This document shows, one piece after another, positions 56,851 through 64,000 of a stretch of 64,000 bases of DNA; position 1 is the first letter of the stretch; every line of letters starts with the position of its first letter. Origin of the DNA: the human T2T-CHM13v2.0 reference genome, Homo sapiens; NCBI RefSeq assembly GCF_009914755.1, contig NC_060925.1. One strand, 5' to 3'. The notes beneath the pieces were generated by a model. That model was given only the letters and a program-made list of their open reading frames with translations, was not told where the DNA came from and searched no databases. Made by a program: the position numbers and the translations under genes.

Positions 56851-59800
56851 CGAGGAGGATGCTGGAGGGGTAAGGACTCTGGCAAGGAGCCCTGGGGATG
56901 CTACCAACTTGTCCCCCTTTTTCCTTTACCTTCCCCCCAGGGTCCAGCCTCCTGAGTGCCTCCTCCAGAGCTATTGACCAACCCTGCTCAGGGCCTGGCT
57001 CAACCTGACCCGGAGCCCTAGGACTTTGCCTATAGGGAAAGTTCAGCTGCTTATGCAAACTCTGGCTTGGGGGGAGATGTGTGTGGTTGAGCTGGGAGCT
57101 GGTGGTGTGTGGGGGTGGCCTTGGAAGCAGAGAGGGTGGGTGCAGGCGCCGAGGCTGTCTGGAAAGGGAGTCTGGGGATATAAGCTTGGGGTCCATGGGG
57201 GTCCCTAGAATAGTGGCCTTATAATGGCTCCAAGAGGGTACACTGGGATTTGGCCCAGATAATGGAGGGACACCCTGGCGAAGGGGCAGAGTCCTGGCAG
57301 TTCAGCCAGCCCCAGCTCTGTCTTTTTCTTGAAGCTCAACAGAGTATGGAAATCATTGGTCTCACCCAGCCCCCTCATTCTTCTGAGGGGGAAACAGGCT
57401 CAGAACAGGGCAGGGACTAAACTCAGGTCAGCAGTAGAGCCCAGACCAGAACCCAGGCTCAGTCCAAGCATCTTAGTTGTCTCCAATGATGATAAATAAC
57501 AGTGAAAACCTTTCTGCAGAGCTTCCCAGGGGCTGGCCTGGGCTTAGGCACCCTCTGGATGGTCTTGGGCAGACGTTTTTCACATCTCGAGCCTTAGCTC
57601 GAGGTCCAAAATACTACCTGTACTGGGAAGGAGGTCCTCTCTCCCACTGACAGTCCACAAAGCCGTTTTAGGCATGCTGGACCCATTGTGGGCTTTACTT
57701 ATTGTTTGTTCAATGAATCCCACTGAATTCATGTAACAACCCTGGAGGAAGATACTATTATGCTATTTTGTGCTGAGGCTCAGAAAGGAGAAGTGACTTG
57801 CCCAAGGTCATTCAGCTGAGAAGTTGCTGACTTAGGGCTGGACTCCAGGGGTCCAGATGCCTGTCTAGGATCCCTGATGGACACAGCCCCATTTTTGAGC
57901 CTGCGCTCTCAGCGAAAATCAGTTGGTGTCTCAACGAGACCCATCGTCAGCTGGGCAGGGTGTGTGTATATATGTGGAAGCTGGGCTGGGCTGCTGGCTG
58001 GAACTCAAGCCACACCAACCCCTGTGCCCCTGTGTTTGGACCTGGCTGCAGCTGCTGCCCGTGGGGGAAGGGGACCTTGCCACTTGCCCTCCTGCATCAA
58101 GGGTTTTTTCTCCTTGGCCTGGCTGCCTGGGCAAAGGAGCTGGCTGTGGCATGACCATGTGGGCACCTGCCAGCCCCTCCCTTGTTGGGGTCTGTTCATC
58201 TAATGCCCTTCACATGACAGGCATGGGGTGGGCCCTGGCTGGGGAGAGGGATTTGCACTCTCCTAATCCAAGGGCTGCAGCCCTCCCTCTGTCTTGGCCA
58301 GGGCCGTGGGAGAGGTTTGTCCTTGCCCCATGCCCAGCAGCCCCAGCTCAGATCCCTGGCATACACCCAGTTCCTCTGCTTGGGGCCTTCCCCTGTCCTG
58401 CTTCTGCTCCCCACCCTCCTACTCTGTGAGCAGAATCAGGAGCTAGGGGGCAATGCTGGGGCATTCAGGACTGATGGAGGTGCAGTGCTACATAGCATGT
58501 GGGACTGAAGGATGGGGGCGATGTCAGGGAGGTTTAGGGCACATGTTGGGGCAAAGTTGAGGGAAGATGATTGGGGTGCAGAGCAGGAGTGTTTGGGGCT
58601 CATCCTGGGCCACCCCTTCCTGGAAAAATTTGGCTACAAGTCAGGGAGGCAAATGTGTGGGCCATGCCCCCCGCCTCGCTAGGCAGTAAACACTGCCGTC
58701 GCCTGGGAGACAAGAAAACATCTTGGTCCCCCCACGGTTGTTTATACCAGGACTCCCTCTCCTTCTCTGGCCTGGTCTGGCCTCTCCACTCCTGAGCTGG
58801 GCTACCTGAGTCGAGGGTCCAGCCCCCGGTCATGGCAGGAGGCCCTGGCAGCACGCCCACTGGCCCCCACCAGGGACTGAGCACTCACCACCTCCTGGTG
58901 GCCTGTCCCATTGGAGGCCCTAGGTCTTATTGATCAGAAACGTGCTCCCAAGCCTTGGCCTCCACGAGGGAGGCCTGGGACTGTGCCCTGGATTTGCTCC
59001 AACCCACTGCCTGAATGCAGTCACTGGCCTCCCGGTAACCTCAGCTTCCCATGTTCAGTAGCAGGCAGGATCTAGATTAGAGCTTTTCAAACTGTTTCAA
59101 GTCATAGATCTGGTTCTTTGAATGACACCTGATACAGAAGCACAATATATAAAACAGATCAAAGTAGGGCTACTCTGGGTGGAGTCATGGGTTGGGGCCC
59201 AGAATTCTACCCACTCTATGCCAGCCTATATGGCCCTGGCATATCAACCCAGAGCCTGTACATGGTCCTCCTTGCTCTAGAACACATTCCAGGTAACCCT
59301 GGAATTCCCTGGCCAAATACTTATGCCTACTTCCAGGGTCTGCACAGGCCCTTCTCCCAGGGGCTGTCAGAGCAGCCCTAGGCTCAAGGACGGCTGTTTG
59401 TAGTGGGTATAGCAAAAGCCCGGAAGAGCAGGCTGAGGCACCCCCAGGAGTGTACCCAAGGCCCCTCCCAGGGAGGGATGGGCCCAGTGTGGGAAGAGAA
59501 TCTGAGGATCGGAGGGTAGCAAGGGGCTGGCTGTCCCTTCCCTGCTGGATTCCAGCATGGGATTCCAAGGCATCCAAGAACTAAAATTCAAACCTGGTCT
59601 TCTAGGTCATTATGAAGGTATATGTGTCAGGAAGGATAGAGCAAATTTTATTTAAAAGTTTGTTAACCTGATTGAAACTTTTAAATATTTAGACTTATGG
59701 TATGTGGGTCTCCATTTATACTCTCTCCCCAGTCCTGCCAGAGTTAGGGGTGAGCTTGCATCAATCCTCCTTCCACCCACCCACCTACCTCTGCAGCAAC

Positions 59801-61474
59801 CCCAAGACAGCCTTACCCAGAACTCTCAGGCTTCACAGGACAGTGTGGAAGTCCCACTCGCTGAAACTCAAGGCCCTGGTGACTGCATCTTTCTGTTCAC
59901 TCCCCAGATACTGTCTGAGCATCAGCTGGGGCCAGCCTGGGGGTTGTGGAGGAGCCAGACTGGCCTTGCCCTAGAGGGATGGATCTCAGTGAGGAGTAAG
60001 CGGGTAGGAACACTCTCCCTCTTGTAGAATAGTGTGAGAAGGGGTGCCTGAGGGGGCCCACAGGGGCCCTGGAATCCTAACGAGGGGCTAAAGAAGCTCC
60101 TCTATTCAAAGCCGATCATGGATGGATGAGGTGGAAGAGAGACAGCCCAAGAAGGGGAGACAGTACAAAAGCCACCAAGGTGGAAATGTACAGGGAGTGG
60201 AGAAGTCGAGTGTCGCTGGTGCTTAGGATGTGTGTACAGCCTCAAACGCTGGTCTAAGGAGCTTGGGTTTTCTATTTTAACAGTAAGAAGCTGTTGTAGG
60301 ATTGTAAATGGGGTAGGGGCTGAGGAAGAGGCATTCAGACTGCAAGGTAAGTGGACTGGAGGTGGGGATAGGGGGCTGGAATTGTGGTGGTCAGTGAGAG
60401 GCTGGCTGGGGGGAAGGGGAATGGGGGTGAGTCCTGGGCTGACCAGGAATGGGACTTGAGGGGCTAGGAAGAAAGAGGGGATCTTAACTCTGCTTTCTGG
60501 GACCACATCTCCTATCTCCTCCTCCTTTGTTCTGTCTCAGTTTTTGTCTTCTTCTCCTGCTATTCCACTGCCCTAGGTCTCCAGGCTGGGGAGAGGGGCA
60601 CTCACCCTAAACCCCCTCTCCAAAGCAGGCCACTTCACACAAGTGGCCAGGCAAGAGGCCGCAGTTGTATAAGAGGCTTTTCTCAGCTGGCTGGACTACT
60701 CATTCGTTCATTTATTCATTCATTCACTCAACATTTATTGAGAACCTACAATGCACCAGGCCCTGCACTAGGTTTTGGAGAGAAAGTAGGAACAAGATCA
60801 AGTACCTGCATTCATGGAGTTTACATTGAGGGGGGCGGGAGAACCAGGAACTGTATCTATCCCCGGTGTCTACCATCTGGCACCTGTGCCTGGGCTGGAT
60901 GCCTGGGAACAGGGACTCTTCCCATTACCTACTCATTTGTTCCAGCTGCCCTGTGTCAGCACTCACCTCTCTGGACAATGACAGAGGAGAAGGGGTCCCA
61001 TGCCCAGGATGCCAGCCCCAGGGAGCACCTGTCTCTGTAAGAACAGCCTGGCCCTCGGGGCCAGGACCTGGGCTCAGGCCTAGTTCTTCCTACTCACTCC
61101 TGACTTTGAGCCCTTTGCAAGGACCCGACTTTGATTTCTTTATCTGTCAGGTGGGATTTGGGGAGGTCCTGAGGAGGCGAGGGGACCAGAATACTGGACC
61201 TCAGCTCCAGTATTCTCCCTTGGTGGGCAACTCCTTTGGCTATGATGGGAGGGGGAAGGGGGCTTGGGACTCAATATTATCATCATTACCCATACAAGAT
61301 AGTAATAGTTGCTACCTATTGTGTAATTTATTCCGCACTATCTGTATGGTCGGTGTGTCTTCTCTCCCCATTTTCCGGATGAGGAAACTGAGTCTCCGTA
61401 AGGTGAAATGACTTACTTGAGGTCACACGTGAAACTACCTACTCCAAGAGCCCTTTAGGATGGTGCTGTGAGGT

Positions 61475-61965
61475 GGAAGGGCGAGGCCGAGGCGGCGGTG
61501 GCGTCGCGTCCCCCCTCTCCGCCCCTGGCCTCGGGGACGCGGCGGCACCTTCACACTTTCCGCTTGGCCCGCTGCTCGCCTTTCAGGCCGCCGCGTTTTC
61601 AATTGTTAATTTGGAAACGGAAAAAGTAGCCGGCCGGGCGGGGGAGGCCGCGGGGAGGTAACCGGAGCCGCAGCACCGCCCCGGCCCCTCCCGCTCTCGG
61701 GGCCTGGCATTGGCAAAGCCCCGCCCCTCCCAGGGACGCAAGAGCCCCGCCCACCATTCCCCGCCCCCGGCATGCCCCGCCCATTTCCGTAAGCCCCGCC
61801 CTCGCCGAGGCGGGCTGGGGGCACCTGGGAGTGCCGAGCAGTGGCGCCCCTGCTGAGGAGAAGGAGCCCGGGCGGGGGAAGGGGGCCGAGGGCTGTGCTG
61901 GGGGAGGAGTCCCCCAGGAGCCCTCCCCGCAGGAACCCGTACCTCTCCCGAGAAGTCGCGCAGGG
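61475..61965. promoter_or_regulatory. Intronic CpG island in KCNQ4 intron 1
   Basis: Abrupt rise in CpG density with at least 5 CCGCCC boxes, outside any Alu. Confidence 0.8.
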
Positions 61966-63770
61966 TGTCTGCTTCCCTTGTCCCTACGTGAACCCAAGCC
62001 TTTCTGCAACCCCTCTGTAGGTTCACCCAGGGGAGACCCCTGCCTCCAGACTGCCGGACCAGGGATCATTGGTCCCATTAGAAAGACGAAGAAACTGAGT
62101 CCTGAGAGGGACAGTTAACTTGCTAAAGGTCACACAGCCAAGGCAGAGCAGAGCTGAATTCAAGCCCATTCTTTTGACTGAGATACATTTAGGGACTGTC
62201 TGCCTCATTTAGAAGAGGAGGGGGCATCAGGACCAGAGATACAATTTGTCCCCTTCCCCCTATCTCCAGCACGGTTTCTGTGGTTAGTAAGTTACTGGAA
62301 GTTCTGCTTATCATTATTCAATTATGGGAGGGTTTTGGAGGTAGAAGGAGGTCCCTCTAAACTTTCCATGTAAATGAAATGTAAAAGACCCTCTTCTGGG
62401 GACTCCCAGAACACAGAAGTCCCTGAGGACTGGCAGCTTCAGGAGCCGTCCACGGCCTTGCTTCCCATTAGGGAAGCTGGAATTGCCAGTCCCAGATGGA
62501 TCAGCAAAAAATAGGGCCCTCAGAGACTCCCACCCAATCCCTTCCTCCCACTGAGGAATAAGCTGAGACTCAGACACAGTTTCCCAAGTCTTCAGCTGAC
62601 TGGTGGCGGAGTCAGGAGACAGAACCCACCGACCCAGCTTTCTAGCTGTGTCCACGCCCTTCTGCTTCTCCCTCTGCTGCCCCCCAATCCTGACACCTCT
62701 CTCACAGCCACCACTCAGGATCCTGCCTCCATCAGCTGGGCCTGCAGGCTGGGCAGCCTTTCTCTTTACAGGCGGAGGAAACTAAGAAGAGTATCTGCAG
62801 ATGTCCTCCCAGCTTCCAGTTAAAGACCCTCCCAACCACCCTTCCACCTTAGCTGTGGGTCAGGCCCAGAGAAGCTGCGCTCCTGGCCTCGAGTCACACA
62901 GCAAGCCTTTTCCAGCTTGCAAAGCCCACTGGATTCAGTCTGGCTGGTCCTGGATTTGGGGTTCCCACTGGGAGCATGGCTCTCAGGGCAGCTGTAACCA
63001 GATGCCCCAGGTGTGGCCTGTGAGTTTGCATGCTGCTTTGCTTATTAGTAACAAAGGCATTGAAACCCCTCTTCCTCATTGTGTCCCCAAACCACCCACT
63101 GGGTGGGGTCCTCAATGGCTGAGTCTACAGAACTCCTGGGCTGGGCTCAGTCTTGGCACCTGAGCTCCCCAGGGAACTCTGCCCTCCACGGTGCTCCTCT
63201 TCGACCCTGTCAGCTCTTGGTGCTCTCTCTGCCCTGGAAGTACTGAGAACCCAGTGGCAAGGACTAACTCTTTCCCTTGTCTTGGACTCTTCCCTCCCTC
63301 TCCCTCCCCCAATATAGTGCACAGGTTCTGCTGACTCAGAGGACAGAAGGCTCCTTTGAGGTTACCCTGACCCCTGCCAGGTTCAAGTAGCTGGGAAACT
63401 GGGCAATGCTTGAACCCACTGCCACAAAGTCACATGCAGCAGGAAGGGCAGGGGCAGGTCCCATCTTGGCCCCAGGATGAGGGAATTTTTGAGGTGGGAG
63501 TGAGAGGCAGGTGCCTGAGTCCTTCTACAGACAGAGGAGAAATCCAAAGAACATTGCATTAGGAATCAGGAAATCTGGGTGCCAGGCCCAACTCTGTCTC
63601 TGATCTACTGTATGATCACAGGTAAGCCAGGCCCCTCTCTGGGACTCAGTTTCCCCATCTATAAATGAGAAGGTTGGTTAATCTCTAAGGGACCTTTCAG
63701 TGCCCAGATATAGCCAGTATCTGGTCATATCTTGCCACTTCCGCTTCCCCTCATACAAGTCACCATCATC

Positions 63771-64000
63771 AGCTGGTAGTGGCTCATGCCTGTAAGCCCA
63801 GCACTTTGGGAGATGGAGGCAGGAGAATTGTTTGAGCCCAGGAGTTCGAGACGAGCCCGGGCAACATGGGGAGACCCTGTCTCTACAAAAAATAAATATA
63901 AATTAGTCGGGCATGGTGGCACCCACCTGTGGCCCCAGCTACTCAGGGGGCTGAGGCTGGCGGATTGTTTGAGCCCAGGAGGTTGAGGCTGCAGTGAGCC
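63771..64000 (+). mobile_element. Alu (AluJ-like), runs off the window end
   Basis: Sense Alu text. Confidence 0.88.

Noticed and set aside
56285-57196. 303-aa minus-strand ORF, the longest in the track
   Set aside because: Overlaps an L2 relic, has low-complexity L/P/S composition, no recognisable domain and no splice or promoter support; most likely a chance ORF.
57586-57603. Small hairpin ctcgagc-ctta-gctcgag (two XhoI sites)
   Set aside because: A 7-bp stem is expected by chance in 64 kb; no other sign of vector or engineered sequence.

Overview
This is mammalian genomic DNA, recognisably human chr1p34.2, identified from recalled protein and miRNA sequences rather than a database search. 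Positions 1-~30.8 kb hold the 3' part of NFYC (NF-Y subunit C, + strand). Visible are eight constitutive coding exons (histone-fold domain, then Q-rich activation domain), one 57-nt cassette exon, alternative last-exon acceptors, and a 3'UTR with tandem poly(A) signals. The intron at 12457-17330 hosts MIR30E and MIR30C1. After ~11 kb of repeat-rich intergenic DNA comes the CpG-island promoter and exon 1 of KCNQ4 (Kv7.4, + strand, ATG at 43317), then ~20 kb of intron 1 containing a second CpG island. Many Alu, L1, L2, MIR and DNA-transposon relics are present; subfamily calls are by eye and boundaries are approximate. I see no evidence of a wholly new multi-gene system. The best leads are regulatory: (i) a KCNQ4 upstream ORF in frame with the channel and separated from it by a single TGA; (ii) all-phase-0 NFYC exons flanked by inverted Alus, which could give stop-less circRNAs; (iii) a ~108-nt near-perfect intronic hairpin in the miR-30 host transcript; (iv) a 56-bp apparently templated duplication; (v) an intronic CpG island with a donor-like site; (vi) an oriented E-box cluster; and (vii) several cryptic NFYC splice acceptors.
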